Shown: positions 10,291-20,511 of the stretch, piece after piece
Position numbering within the stretch: position 1 is the stretch's first letter
How the letters are laid out: each line of letters starts with the position of its first letter
Source of the DNA: a virus
Lineage: Duplodnaviria > Caudoviricetes
Virus record (IMG/VR): IMGVR_UViG_3300031578_000045
Span: 1-55,410 of that record
Length of the DNA stretch: 55,410 nt
Direction: 5' to 3' (one strand)
Notes under the pieces: generated by a model
Database searches by the model: none
Seen by the model: the letters and a program-made list of their open reading frames with translations, nothing else
What the model was told of the DNA's origin: nothing
Made by a program: the position numbers and the translations under genes

Positions 10291-11586
10291 ATGAACGAAG
10301 ATGAAAAAAAGGCTTTGCTCGATAAAGTTGGAGAGCAAGCAAAAGCAGCAATAGAACCGGACATAACTACGGTAAAAGCTGAGGTAGAATCTTTTAAAAA
10401 AACTCTCGATCAATACGTATCTCAGGATGATATTGAAAAAAGGTTTGAAGAAATACAAAAATCGGTCGATAGAATAGGCACCGATGAGATTAAGAAATCT
10501 ATGGGCGAGCTTGAAGAAATAGTAAAAGCCCAAGGTACTGAAATTGCTAAAAGGCAAGAAATGAAGGATACTAAATCTATATCTATTCACGAAGCTATTG
10601 AAACTAGCTTACGGGAAAAAGCTGAAGATTTGGCAAACTTTAAAAACCTTGACAAACAAAGCCATGGTTTAGTACTTAATTTGAAAGCTACTGTTCCAAG
10701 ATCAAATATTACAAGCGATACAATGGCATTTAGGGTGCCAGGCGTAGGACAAGTACAGCGTAGAAAAATATATCTTGAAGAACTGTTTACAGCCGGGCGG
10801 GTTTCTCCTAACAACCATGGTGTAATTAGATATACAGACCAGCAAACACTTACAGACAATGCAGCTTCAATAACTGAAGGAAATGCATCTCCTGGCTCTA
10901 ACATTACATGGATTGAGGCTAGTATACCCATTCAAAAAGTTGGGAACTCTATTAAAGTTACTAGGGAAATGATGGACGACGTTGATTTTGTTAATAGCGA
11001 AATTAACAACTATCTACTTAGAAATGTCGCCCTTGAGGTTGATGCCCAGTTACTTTCTGGTAATTCTACACCTCCTAACTTAGTAGGTCTTGTACAGTCT
11101 GCTACTGCTTTTGCTGCTGGTTCTTATGCTGGCACTATTCAAGATGCTAGTATTTACGATCTTATTGCCATTCAGTCAGCTATTATCCAGACAGCCACTT
11201 CATTCATGCCTACAGGCGTATTAATGAACCAAGCTGATGCCGTAAGGATGAAGCTTAAAAAAGATGGCGATAATAATTATGTCATTCCTTCTTTTGTTGT
11301 ACCTACACAAAACGGTGATATAGTAGTCGATGGCATGAGGGTTGTTGTTAACTCAGGGATTACTGCCAATACAATGTATGTTGGTGACTTTACCCGTGGT
11401 ACTGTTTATTCAAGTGATGATTTACAGCTTGAAATAGGTTACGACGCCGATGATTTTTCTAAAGATTTAGTAACAATTAAAGCACGTAGAAGGCTTGCTC
11501 TATTAATCCGATCTGTTGATACTGGCGCATTTAATTATGTATCTAATATTACAACTGCTTTAGCTGCAATTGATAATACGCCTTAA
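10291..11586 (+). CDS. major capsid protein (HK97 fold, N-terminal delta domain)
   Basis: Coiled-coil N-terminus, KVTREMMDD, QLLSGN, KKDGDNNY, VGDF. Confidence 0.95.
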   Translation: MNEDEKKALLDKVGEQAKAAIEPDITTVKAEVESFKKTLDQYVSQDDIEKRFEEIQKSVDRIGTDEIKKSMGELEEIVKAQGTEIAKRQEMKDTKSISIHEAIETSLREKAEDLANFKNLDKQSHGLVLNLKATVPRSNITSDTMAFRVPGVGQVQRRKIYLEELFTAGRVSPNNHGVIRYTDQQTLTDNAASITEGNASPGSNITWIEASIPIQKVGNSIKVTREMMDDVDFVNSEINNYLLRNVALEVDAQLLSGNSTPPNLVGLVQSATAFAAGSYAGTIQDASIYDLIAIQSAIIQTATSFMPTGVLMNQADAVRMKLKKDGDNNYVIPSFVVPTQNGDIVVDGMRVVVNSGITANTMYVGDFTRGTVYSSDDLQLEIGYDADDFSKDLVTIKARRRLALLIRSVDTGAFNYVSNITTALAAIDNTP

Positions 11587-11596
11587 AAAATAAATT

Positions 11597-11746
11597 ATGA
11601 CTAAAATTAAAGTAGAAATAATTAAAGACGATCCTATAGGATTGGTAAAAGGTGACATTAAAAATTTAGATGTCAATATTGCTGATGATTTAGTTAAATC
11701 TAAACAAGCAAAGTATTATAAAGAAAAAACAGTAAAAATAGATTAA
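11597..11746 (+). CDS. small post-capsid protein (not in ORF track)
   Basis: MTKIKVEIIKDD..LVKGD..ADDLVKSKQAKYY. Confidence 0.6.
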   Translation: MTKIKVEIIKDDPIGLVKGDIKNLDVNIADDLVKSKQAKYYKEKTVKID

Positions 11747-11747
11747 A

Positions 11748-12212
11748 ATGAAAAGAGCAATAATTATTATGATCGGGTTGTTTGCTATACTCTTAGCAGT
11801 CAAGCCCCAAACAAGTCCAACAGAGGTAGCACCGAATGGCTATATAACAAAACCTGTATATAAATATATCGGGGGTACTACATCGGATACTCTTACAAAC
11901 ACAGACACTTTAACTTATGTTATCAGGGTAAAGGGTAATGAGACACAAGATTTTTGGAGTAAAATATATCTTGATCATGTGTCAGGTACTGCTGGTGGTA
12001 AGTTAAAAACATACAAGTCAATAGATGGTGTAAATTATGAAGTAACAGCTTTAGCAGACAGTATAACTGTAGCGTCAGTAACCACTGATATACTTGATAC
12101 TGAATCTATTACTTTTGATAATTTTAATGCCCCATATTTGAAATATATATATATCCAATCTGGTACGGCAGTAACAGTACCCAGGATTTATATTTATACT
12201 AAAACTAATTAA
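11748..12212 (+). CDS. beta-rich head-region protein with signal peptide
   Basis: MKRAIIIMIGLFAILLAVKP-Q; 3 D(S/T)(A/I/L/M/T/V) sequons. Confidence 0.7.
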   Translation: MKRAIIIMIGLFAILLAVKPQTSPTEVAPNGYITKPVYKYIGGTTSDTLTNTDTLTYVIRVKGNETQDFWSKIYLDHVSGTAGGKLKTYKSIDGVNYEVTALADSITVASVTTDILDTESITFDNFNAPYLKYIYIQSGTAVTVPRIYIYTKTN

Positions 12213-12390
12213 TGGTAAACCATAAGGGAGGGGGCAGCCCCTCCCATATTAAAAAACTAATGATTACAAGAAAAAACATAATAACCAAAAGGCTACTTAA
12301 GAAAAAGGCAAAAGAAGCTATTGAACTAAAAGAGTATAAAGATATAGGGGAGAGGGAAACAAAAGAATTAAAGATGAAATTATCTACTAA

Positions 12391-13068
12391 ATGAATTTTA
12401 TAGACATTACATATTTTGTTAATGAAATTAATATCCCTGTGGATGATTACAATCCTGGGACATTAGACGCTGCAATAATTAGGTATCAAAAAGAAATACT
12501 TAAAAGCTTGTTGGGATACCAGCTTTGGAAGGAATTAATGGCGGATTTAGATTCATTAGGAAACCCACAAACACAAAAGTTTACTGATTTAGTAGATGGT
12601 GCCGAGTTTTCATTTGAGTATGGCGGAGAAACAATTAATACTAAATGGGAGGGGTTAAGAAACGATGATATGGTTTCATTGATAAGTTATTATGTATACT
12701 ATAAATATCGAAAAGACTTTGACACAAACTACTCAGGGAATTCACAAACAATGCCTATTAATGAAAATTCTCAGGTAATACCTTATGGATATAAGTTAAG
12801 TACTATATGGAATTTAATGATAGAATTGTATGGTAAAACTCCTACAAAATATGATGATAATTATATATTCCCTTATAACCCTTATTTTTCAGATAGTATA
12901 TATACGAACAGTAAAACATGGGACCAGAAGTATTTTTTCTTGAATTTAGATAACTACGTGCATTTTAACGACACACCTAGTGCTTATAATTTTTTATTGG
13001 CTAATAAAACAGACTATACTAATTGGATATTTAACCCATTATACGAACAAAATAGCTTCGGGATATGA
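12391..13068 (+). CDS. putative head-tail adaptor
   Basis: Position; LLGYQLWKEL pattern. Confidence 0.6.
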   Translation: MNFIDITYFVNEINIPVDDYNPGTLDAAIIRYQKEILKSLLGYQLWKELMADLDSLGNPQTQKFTDLVDGAEFSFEYGGETINTKWEGLRNDDMVSLISYYVYYKYRKDFDTNYSGNSQTMPINENSQVIPYGYKLSTIWNLMIELYGKTPTKYDDNYIFPYNPYFSDSIYTNSKTWDQKYFFLNLDNYVHFNDTPSAYNFLLANKTDYTNWIFNPLYEQNSFGI

Positions 13069-13607
13069 CAGACAGCAAATATTTAGTAGATGTATTTGAA
13101 GAGATAGTATGCGATGTAAGGGCAGATTACGACACTAATAATGTACTGCCTTATTATCTCTATGGGCACCCGTTAGATATTAATAATGTTTTGACACAGA
13201 AAGCCAAATCACCTGAATTTAGATACAAAAGATACCCATTGATTGCATTGATGCAGGACTTTACCGAAACACATGATAGCTTTGCATATTTCTACACAGT
13301 TTCCCCTAAGATATTGATACTAAACTACACAGAACAAAATTATAATAGTAAGCAAAGATATGAGAATGTATTTAAAAATATACTATACCCTATATACGAT
13401 GAATTAATACAAAATATTTTAGATTCTAATTTAATAGACGTTACAGTAATCGAAGACTTAACGCATACAAAAACAGATAGGTTATACTGGGGCAAAGTAG
13501 GGATTCAGGGGAGCCAAGGAAAAATATTTAATGATTTTCTTGACGCTATAGAAATAGATTTTACAGAATTAAAAGTAATTAGGCAATTGGAGCCCTGCAC
13601 ATCATGA
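13065..13607 (+). CDS. putative neck/tail terminator protein
   Basis: Position; KRYPLIAL. Confidence 0.5.
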   Translation: MTDSKYLVDVFEEIVCDVRADYDTNNVLPYYLYGHPLDINNVLTQKAKSPEFRYKRYPLIALMQDFTETHDSFAYFYTVSPKILILNYTEQNYNSKQRYENVFKNILYPIYDELIQNILDSNLIDVTVIEDLTHTKTDRLYWGKVGIQGSQGKIFNDFLDAIEIDFTELKVIRQLEPCTS

Positions 13608-15460
13608 TAGGTAATCCTAAAAATATAACTACTAGCACCGGGTTACAGGTGGGGGCATTGAGAAAGATCAATTATACTCAGTTTATATCTGCTTTTTTTA
13701 TAAATACTGACTTTGAATTCACCGATTTAGAAGATTTTCAAGACCAAGATACATGGATACAAGGCATAAAAAATAGATATATATTTCCTTTACTTGCTAT
13801 TAAAAGGGCCATACCGCAATTAGAAGAAGATAATTACCAATTAAGCAAATTAGATTATGAATATAAAGCTTATAATGGTAAGTATAGGTATATATTAGAA
13901 TACATCCTCCCAATAGACTATATAAAGGTTTTAAATAATTTCTCAGGACAACAATATAGTATAATATTTTCTGATGTAAATGGATATGTTTATGCATATA
14001 GCCCCGATGGCACGAAGATTAAAGGGCTTGGTACTAATTTAATAGACTTCGGTAAAATAAAATTAGGGGATATTAACCCAGCACTTAGCCCACTTAGGAT
14101 AGAGTTAGAAGATTCTGACCAGATTAACGAACAAGGGATAATACAGAAATTCGATTGGCCTATAAATAGGCTCGAAGTAATATTTGTGTCAATAACAAGC
14201 GTAAGCTCGTCAAGCACTGATAATATTACATTTACGGTAAAAGATGAAAATTTTGGGTGCCCGATCATGGGGCTTTCTACATCTGATATAGAACTAGATG
14301 ACGTATCCGGGGCACAAACAATAGGCGGATTGATCGAAGGCACCCCAGGGGTTTACCAACTATCAAGCATTACCCCAGGGATTACCAACGGTGAAATAAT
14401 AATCGATACTGATCTTTATTATGGCTCTGAAACTTATGTTTTTACTAATGCAGCGGTTAGTATATCAAACATAACTTATTACTCAGCAACAAAACTAAGG
14501 TTTGACGTAAGGCTTGATATAGATTCTAGTTTAATCACAGGCTTGTTGACTGGTGACTTCACAGTGACGGATGATACTAATGGGGCTTTAAGTATAGGCG
14601 CATTTAGCGAAGTATCTACAGGAAGATATGAATTATCTAGTTTAAGCGCAGATATGACAACCGGGGATATTGATATAAGCGATGCTACTTATACAGGTAG
14701 TGATCCATACGATTTAGATATTGATGTAACGATCGGGGGTACGTATTTAGCGCAAAAAATTGCCGATGGTGCAAATGCAATAATCGTAGAAGTAACAACA
14801 ACAGAAGACGGGGTACCCGTAACAGGGCTAGGTACAGGGGATTTCAGTATTATAGATGATATATCGGGTAGTTTAACGGTTACAGGAGCATCTGAGGCAC
14901 CTGCTGGAACCTATACGCTAACTACTAATATAGCCCGTACTTCAGGGGACATAGACGTAGATACGTCTATCTACTCAGGAACAGTAGGTTATGACTTTGA
15001 ACAACAGACGTTTAGAAACGGTGGGGCTGCTGGTACTACTGATTGGACAGGCGCAGTAGGCGGGATAGCTGAACATTGGGCAATACAAGCACAAGTTAAC
15101 TCTGTAGCATCTATTGTAACAGGCAACGGATTTACCGGGAACGCCCAACAAGTGTATTATCCTGCAGGTACTTCTGGGGAATCATTAACAGCCATAGCAA
15201 TATTTTTTAAACCAAGTACAAATTATAAACTATCATTTAAATATAGAAGCGATAGGACTATTACTATTGATTTAATCACTAATTCTTTAAGCTTTTCTGA
15301 TACATTTTATAGTAATATAGGTAATGCTGGTCCTTATTTGAGTGCCCAGTTTACTACAGGCGCGGCAGATAATGGCATGCAAATATTATTTAACAACTCA
15401 AGGTCAGCCGGGCAGACCGGGTATATAGAGATTGATGAAGTAGAAATAATTGAACAATAA
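13604..15460 (+). CDS. tail-tube-like protein with three Ig-like repeats and a C-terminal CBM-like domain
   Basis: N-terminus resembles 15488; three (I/V)xGLxxxD..GxYxL repeats; YKLSFKYR..IEIDEV tail. Confidence 0.6.
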   Translation: MIGNPKNITTSTGLQVGALRKINYTQFISAFFINTDFEFTDLEDFQDQDTWIQGIKNRYIFPLLAIKRAIPQLEEDNYQLSKLDYEYKAYNGKYRYILEYILPIDYIKVLNNFSGQQYSIIFSDVNGYVYAYSPDGTKIKGLGTNLIDFGKIKLGDINPALSPLRIELEDSDQINEQGIIQKFDWPINRLEVIFVSITSVSSSSTDNITFTVKDENFGCPIMGLSTSDIELDDVSGAQTIGGLIEGTPGVYQLSSITPGITNGEIIIDTDLYYGSETYVFTNAAVSISNITYYSATKLRFDVRLDIDSSLITGLLTGDFTVTDDTNGALSIGAFSEVSTGRYELSSLSADMTTGDIDISDATYTGSDPYDLDIDVTIGGTYLAQKIADGANAIIVEVTTTEDGVPVTGLGTGDFSIIDDISGSLTVTGASEAPAGTYTLTTNIARTSGDIDVDTSIYSGTVGYDFEQQTFRNGGAAGTTDWTGAVGGIAEHWAIQAQVNSVASIVTGNGFTGNAQQVYYPAGTSGESLTAIAIFFKPSTNYKLSFKYRSDRTITIDLITNSLSFSDTFYSNIGNAGPYLSAQFTTGAADNGMQILFNNSRSAGQTGYIEIDEVEIIEQ

Positions 15461-15487
15461 ACAAGTTTAACTTTAAAAATTAATAAA

Positions 15488-16402
15488 ATGGCTTTAACAT
15501 GTGTAAACCCTAGCAGATTTGGTCCCGCACTTACTTGCGATGAAAGGGTATTATTTACAGCGGCGAAAGGTTTCGCTCTTTTGGTTCCAGGTACTACTTT
15601 TACTAGTGCAACAGATTTAGTAACAGAAGCGACATGGAATACCAAGATAGCAGCGGAATCCGCGTATATTATCCAGAAGGTTATCGATACTGAGGTACAA
15701 GATGCTGATAATACTTTTGAAGAAACTTCTTATGGTGATAAGACTTTATTGATCGAAGGCAAGAGAAGTGCCAGGTATAAGATCAAATTGCCTTTAGATC
15801 AGCACCAAATTGCCTACGAAAACCTTAATGGTCAACGCTGGGAGCTGATTATATTTGATCTTTCAGGGAATATAATTGCCACTAAAAACACTGATGGCAC
15901 TATTAGGGGCTTTACTTTGGGGTATTCGCATTTTAATAGGCTCCCTACTGCAAGTGCTGACGCCGGGGTTAATACAATGTTTGATTATGATATCAGTTCA
16001 GGTGATTTATCTGAATTGGATGTTAATGGGATTTACATTAATCCAACTTTAGCAGATACTGATGCATGGTCGCCGTTTAATTTAGATGGTGTGCTTAAGG
16101 TATATACTAGCTCAGGAAGCATTTCAACCCATGTTTTTACAACTGCGGTATCTTATATTAATACAGCTAGGCCTCTGGCTAGTGGAGCAGCTAGGACAGA
16201 AGTTATAAGTGGGTTAACAATAACAAGCTTTGAGGTCATAAACCAAACAGGTGCAGTTATTACCCCTGATAGTGTTACAGAAACCCCGGCTAGTTCAGGT
16301 TCTTATGTGGTGACATGTACAACGGCAACTCTTACATCTGGTTCCGTGCAGGTTATCCCAGTAACAACAGCGAAGTATAAGAGCCCGGTTGAAACATTAT
16401 AG
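15488..16402 (+). CDS. major tail (tube) protein
   Basis: Position, Thr/Ser-rich composition, C-terminal Ig-like unit. Confidence 0.65.
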   Translation: MALTCVNPSRFGPALTCDERVLFTAAKGFALLVPGTTFTSATDLVTEATWNTKIAAESAYIIQKVIDTEVQDADNTFEETSYGDKTLLIEGKRSARYKIKLPLDQHQIAYENLNGQRWELIIFDLSGNIIATKNTDGTIRGFTLGYSHFNRLPTASADAGVNTMFDYDISSGDLSELDVNGIYINPTLADTDAWSPFNLDGVLKVYTSSGSISTHVFTTAVSYINTARPLASGAARTEVISGLTITSFEVINQTGAVITPDSVTETPASSGSYVVTCTTATLTSGSVQVIPVTTAKYKSPVETL

Positions 16403-16404
16403 TA

Positions 16405-16845
16405 ATGCCTTTTAACCGCCTGTTAGATAATGTTATACGTGTTAAAAGCGAGTTAAATGATATAATTGTTGGGGCTATGATCGAAAATAAAGCAGAGATC
16501 ATAGACCTCAACACTTCACAACTCGAAGAGGGAAAGCTATCTACAGGCTCGAACATAACCCCGGAGTATCAATCTGATGATTATAAAAAATTCAAAAAGT
16601 CAATAGGCTCAAAATCTCCCTTTGGAGTTCCTGACTTAAAACTCGAAGGCGATTTTTATTCTGGGTTTGATATAATAAAAGGTTCCGGTGGTGCATTTAT
16701 ACATTCTGATGATACCAAAGCCGGTGATTTAGAAGAAAAATACTCATCTAATATATACGGCATAACGGACAAAAACAAACCGGAAGTAGTAGAAAGAATT
16801 TTACCACAAATACAAAATGAAGTAAAAAATGAACTTACAAGATAA
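16405..16845 (+). CDS. tail completion/neck protein
   Basis: IIDLNTSQL, DLKLEGDFY. Confidence 0.55.
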   Translation: MPFNRLLDNVIRVKSELNDIIVGAMIENKAEIIDLNTSQLEEGKLSTGSNITPEYQSDDYKKFKKSIGSKSPFGVPDLKLEGDFYSGFDIIKGSGGAFIHSDDTKAGDLEEKYSSNIYGITDKNKPEVVERILPQIQNEVKNELTR

Positions 16846-17149
16846 ATTAGAAAGAACGATAAGTTTAGCAGCACTTAAAGCAGCAGGGCAAAACATGTCA
16901 TTTATTGTGTATAAGATTTTGGGAGGGTATAGTTTTATACAGCCGAAGTTCGGTCCATCGCAATACGAAGCGATATTAATACCCAATAAAGAAAAAGAAA
17001 TAATAGAAGTAAGAGATGCAGACAATAAGCTTATCAAGACCATTAGTACTGCCGTACCTAAGCCTAGCGAGGATAAAAAAGCAAGTAAGCCAAAATCTAA
17101 AGTTGATAAAACTGAAGATAATACACAAGATAAACCTGCGGAGGTATAA
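16829..17149 (+). CDS. putative tail assembly chaperone
   Basis: Position upstream of the tape measure gene. Confidence 0.45.
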   Translation: MNLQDKLERTISLAALKAAGQNMSFIVYKILGGYSFIQPKFGPSQYEAILIPNKEKEIIEVRDADNKLIKTISTAVPKPSEDKKASKPKSKVDKTEDNTQDKPAEV

Positions 17150-17729
17150 GCCTTATAGGGATTGTGATGAGATACTTGCTAAAAAATTCTTTAAAGCCTT
17201 AGACACAGGTGATTACAGGCATATATTAAAAACAGATAATTTGCCTGAATACCCTGTTGAGAAGCTCGCGCCTATATGGGATGGGCTAATATCGGAATAC
17301 GATAAGCTCACAGGGGGTTATAGTTTTGTTACCCAATTAATAGATATAAGGTTTAATCTTATAGACCATAATAAGATAATGTTAATGAATGCATGTTACA
17401 ACCTTATGTTATTAGGGCAGGACAATGCTGTTAAATACCTACAAGAACAAGGCATTAATATAACTGGTAATACTTATAATGAGCAAATGCGTTTAAGGTC
17501 AATGATCTTGATGGAGCAAACAAAGCTTAATATACGTGCAGAACGCGATAAGTCAACACCACAAACAAAGAAAACAACATTCATAGAATCATTAGTAGAC
17601 TTAGAGAATGCATTAAATGGTAAAAACATCGATGAAGATAAGATAACATTAGCTAAATGGGTAGCCAATGTAAACAGTGCCAACAATAAAATTAAGGCTT
17701 TAAAAAATGGGAAAAGCAATAAAAGGTAG
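17016..17729 (+). CDS. putative tail assembly chaperone (start uncertain)
   Basis: Immediately precedes the tape measure gene; overlaps the previous ORF. Confidence 0.5.
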   Translation: MQTISLSRPLVLPYLSLARIKKQVSQNLKLIKLKIIHKINLRRYKPYRDCDEILAKKFFKALDTGDYRHILKTDNLPEYPVEKLAPIWDGLISEYDKLTGGYSFVTQLIDIRFNLIDHNKIMLMNACYNLMLLGQDNAVKYLQEQGINITGNTYNEQMRLRSMILMEQTKLNIRAERDKSTPQTKKTTFIESLVDLENALNGKNIDEDKITLAKWVANVNSANNKIKALKNGKSNKR

Positions 17730-20511
17730 TGATTTAATAGACAAGTCCGTTTTACAGTCATTGAATGAGATTGAAAGGTCTTTGCAATCCCTCGTGAAAG
17801 GATTTGAACAGGTTACCAAAAGCTCCCAACAGGTACTTAATGCCAATAAGAAAACACAGCAAACATTTTCCCAGGCAAGTGAAAGTATTAAAAAAACCGC
17901 TGCCAATACACAGCAATTATCAGCTTTAGAAAAAGAGAGGATAAGGGTACAGAACCAGCTAAATACAACATTAGCGAAATCAATTACAATTAACGATAAA
18001 AATACAAAAGACTTACAAAGTAATAAGACAGCTTTACAGCAAAATACAAAGGCGCAAAAACAAGCTGCTGAAATAGCAAGGTTAAGGACTAAAGAGGGGC
18101 AAAAGCTTAATCAAACATTAAAGGCACAACAAAAAGAGCTAAGTAGATTAAAAGGTACTTCTGGGGGGCTTACTGGAGCTTTTAAAAAAATGGGTACCCA
18201 AATGTTAGCAACAGGGGCTGCCATTTTTGGCATAACTAGATTATTAACTGGGTTTAATAATCTTATAAAAAATGCCATAAATAATGCAGATAAACAATTA
18301 AAAGCAGAGAGAAGTTTATTAGTTGCACTAGATGGTAGGGAAGATGTTCAACAAAGATTAATAAAACAAGCCCAGCAATTACAAAAAGAGACCTTATTTG
18401 GCGATGAAGAAACAATAAAGGCACAAGCATTAATAGCAGCATTCGTAAAAGAAGGTGACCAAATAGAAAGGATTATTCCATTAGTACAAGATTTGGCTAC
18501 TGCAAAAGGCATGGATTTAAGTGCGGCAGCTGATTTAGTTAGCAAAACATTAGGCAGTAGCACTAATGCACTTTCCAGATATGGGATACAGGTAGAAGGT
18601 ACTGTAGGAAGTACCCAGCGTTTAGAATCATTATCTAAAGGCTTATCAAATGCTTTTGGTGGTCAGGCAGTAGCCGCAGCAAAAGCAGGTTCGGGTGGGT
18701 TAACCCAATTAAAAAATGTGTTAGGCGATGTATCTGAAAACCTAGGCAAGAAGTTGCTCCCATTTATAAATAGGGTGTCACAGAGTTTAATAAACAAATT
18801 AGCCCCACAAGAAAAAGAGGTGAATTTATATAGGCTTCAAAATAGGGAGCTAACAACTCTTTTTGCAAGTCTTAGAAATACTAACCTATCACAAGAAGCA
18901 CGTAAAAAATTAATAGAAACAATTAATACAAAATATAAAGCTTATTTACCAAATTTATTAACAGAAAAAAGCACATTACAAGATATAGAAAGGGCTGAAG
19001 CTTCTATAAATAAACAATTAAAGTTAAAATTAATACAACAGGCATTTCAAGAGGAAATGACCAACATAATAAAAGAAGAGTTAAGAGCCAAAGAAACATT
19101 GGTACAAAATGAAATAAACTTAGATAAAGTACAGCAAGATAGAATTATAGCAACTACTGAGGCTGATGTCGCAAATATAAAAAGCAGTGAATTAGCTATA
19201 AATATAACTAACTCTCTTGCAAAATCTACAATTGAAAATAATGAAAAAGAAATTGTCAATACAAAAGATAAGTTTAAGCGTATCGGCGAATTATATGGTA
19301 TTGCATTTAATGAAATAGAAGATATTTTAAATAAACAACAAGAAATAATAACTCAAAATAATAATAAAGAAGAAGAAGAAGAAGAAGAAAAAAATAAAAG
19401 AATAACAACTAATAGGATTGCAGAAATAGAATTACAAAACCAAACTGCAATAAATTCCCAGAAAGAATTATTATTAAATAAAGAAATAAATGAACAAGTA
19501 TTTGCATCTAGGATTTTAGAAATAGAAATAGCAACGCAAGAAAGATTATTGCAAATAAGCAACCTTAGTGCAGAAGAAAGGTTGAACTTTCAAACTCAAT
19601 TATTAGATAAGAAAAAAGCCTTAATGGATAGCGAAGTAGCATTTATGGAAGGTTTTTTATTTACTGAGCAAGAATATAATGATATAGCTGCTGAAGAAGA
19701 GAAAACACAAGCTGAAGAGAGTAAAAGGCTAAATGATGAAGTAACACAAAACAAACTTGCTAATTTAGAAAAAGAAAAACAAGCCAGGGAAGCAATTACG
19801 GCAGAATCGATTAATCTTGCTAATAGTATATTTGAATTAGGGTCATCTATTAGGGAGCGTGAGATTTCAGAGATAGAAGCGCAAAAAGAGAAAGAATTAG
19901 GACTAGCAGGTGATAATGAAGAAAAAAAGGCAAAAATAGAAGAAAAATACGCCAAAAAATCAGCTGGTATCAAACGTAAACAGGCAATAGCAGATAAAGC
20001 ACAGGCAATATTTAACGCCTTAATAAATACGGCCGTAGCAGTTACCAAAACATTAGCTTTTCCTGTCCTTTCTGCAATAATTGCAGCCGCTGGGGCCTTA
20101 CAAGTAGCAGCGATAATAGCTAAGCCTATACCTAAATTTGCCGACGGTGTATTAGACAAACCAGATTCAGGGCTTAGTATAGTTGGTGATGAGATAGGCA
20201 GCAAGTCAGGGCATAGCAGGGAACTTATTAACATACCAGGGCAAGGGTTTATGCTCTCTCCTGATAAACCAACATTAATGAATTTACCAAAAGGTTCCGA
20301 TGTTATCCCTAACATTCAAACCGAATTACTTTTAAAAGGGGGAATCCAATCCGAAAAACTAAATGAAATGATCAATAGTAATAAAAGGATTGAATCAGCT
20401 ATACGGAACAAGCCTGAACACATTACCAATATAACCGATGCAGGAATAGAATCAATGGTCAGGGCAAAGAATTCTTTAATTAGGGAGAAAAATATTTATC
20501 TACGTCAATGA
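17707..20511 (+). CDS. tape measure protein
   Basis: 934 aa, helical, Ala/Gln/Glu-rich; LSRYGI; C-terminal PIPKFADG. Confidence 0.92.
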   Translation: MGKAIKGSDLIDKSVLQSLNEIERSLQSLVKGFEQVTKSSQQVLNANKKTQQTFSQASESIKKTAANTQQLSALEKERIRVQNQLNTTLAKSITINDKNTKDLQSNKTALQQNTKAQKQAAEIARLRTKEGQKLNQTLKAQQKELSRLKGTSGGLTGAFKKMGTQMLATGAAIFGITRLLTGFNNLIKNAINNADKQLKAERSLLVALDGREDVQQRLIKQAQQLQKETLFGDEETIKAQALIAAFVKEGDQIERIIPLVQDLATAKGMDLSAAADLVSKTLGSSTNALSRYGIQVEGTVGSTQRLESLSKGLSNAFGGQAVAAAKAGSGGLTQLKNVLGDVSENLGKKLLPFINRVSQSLINKLAPQEKEVNLYRLQNRELTTLFASLRNTNLSQEARKKLIETINTKYKAYLPNLLTEKSTLQDIERAEASINKQLKLKLIQQAFQEEMTNIIKEELRAKETLVQNEINLDKVQQDRIIATTEADVANIKSSELAINITNSLAKSTIENNEKEIVNTKDKFKRIGELYGIAFNEIEDILNKQQEIITQNNNKEEEEEEEKNKRITTNRIAEIELQNQTAINSQKELLLNKEINEQVFASRILEIEIATQERLLQISNLSAEERLNFQTQLLDKKKALMDSEVAFMEGFLFTEQEYNDIAAEEEKTQAEESKRLNDEVTQNKLANLEKEKQAREAITAESINLANSIFELGSSIREREISEIEAQKEKELGLAGDNEEKKAKIEEKYAKKSAGIKRKQAIADKAQAIFNALINTAVAVTKTLAFPVLSAIIAAAGALQVAAIIAKPIPKFADGVLDKPDSGLSIVGDEIGSKSGHSRELINIPGQGFMLSPDKPTLMNLPKGSDVIPNIQTELLLKGGIQSEKLNEMINSNKRIESAIRNKPEHITNITDAGIESMVRAKNSLIREKNIYLRQ

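Noticed and set aside
19368-19389. GAA run in the tape measure gene
   Set aside because: In-frame poly-Glu low complexity
19596-20315. Long minus-strand ORF and other minus ORFs within structural and replication genes
   Set aside because: Fully nested antisense to well-supported + genes
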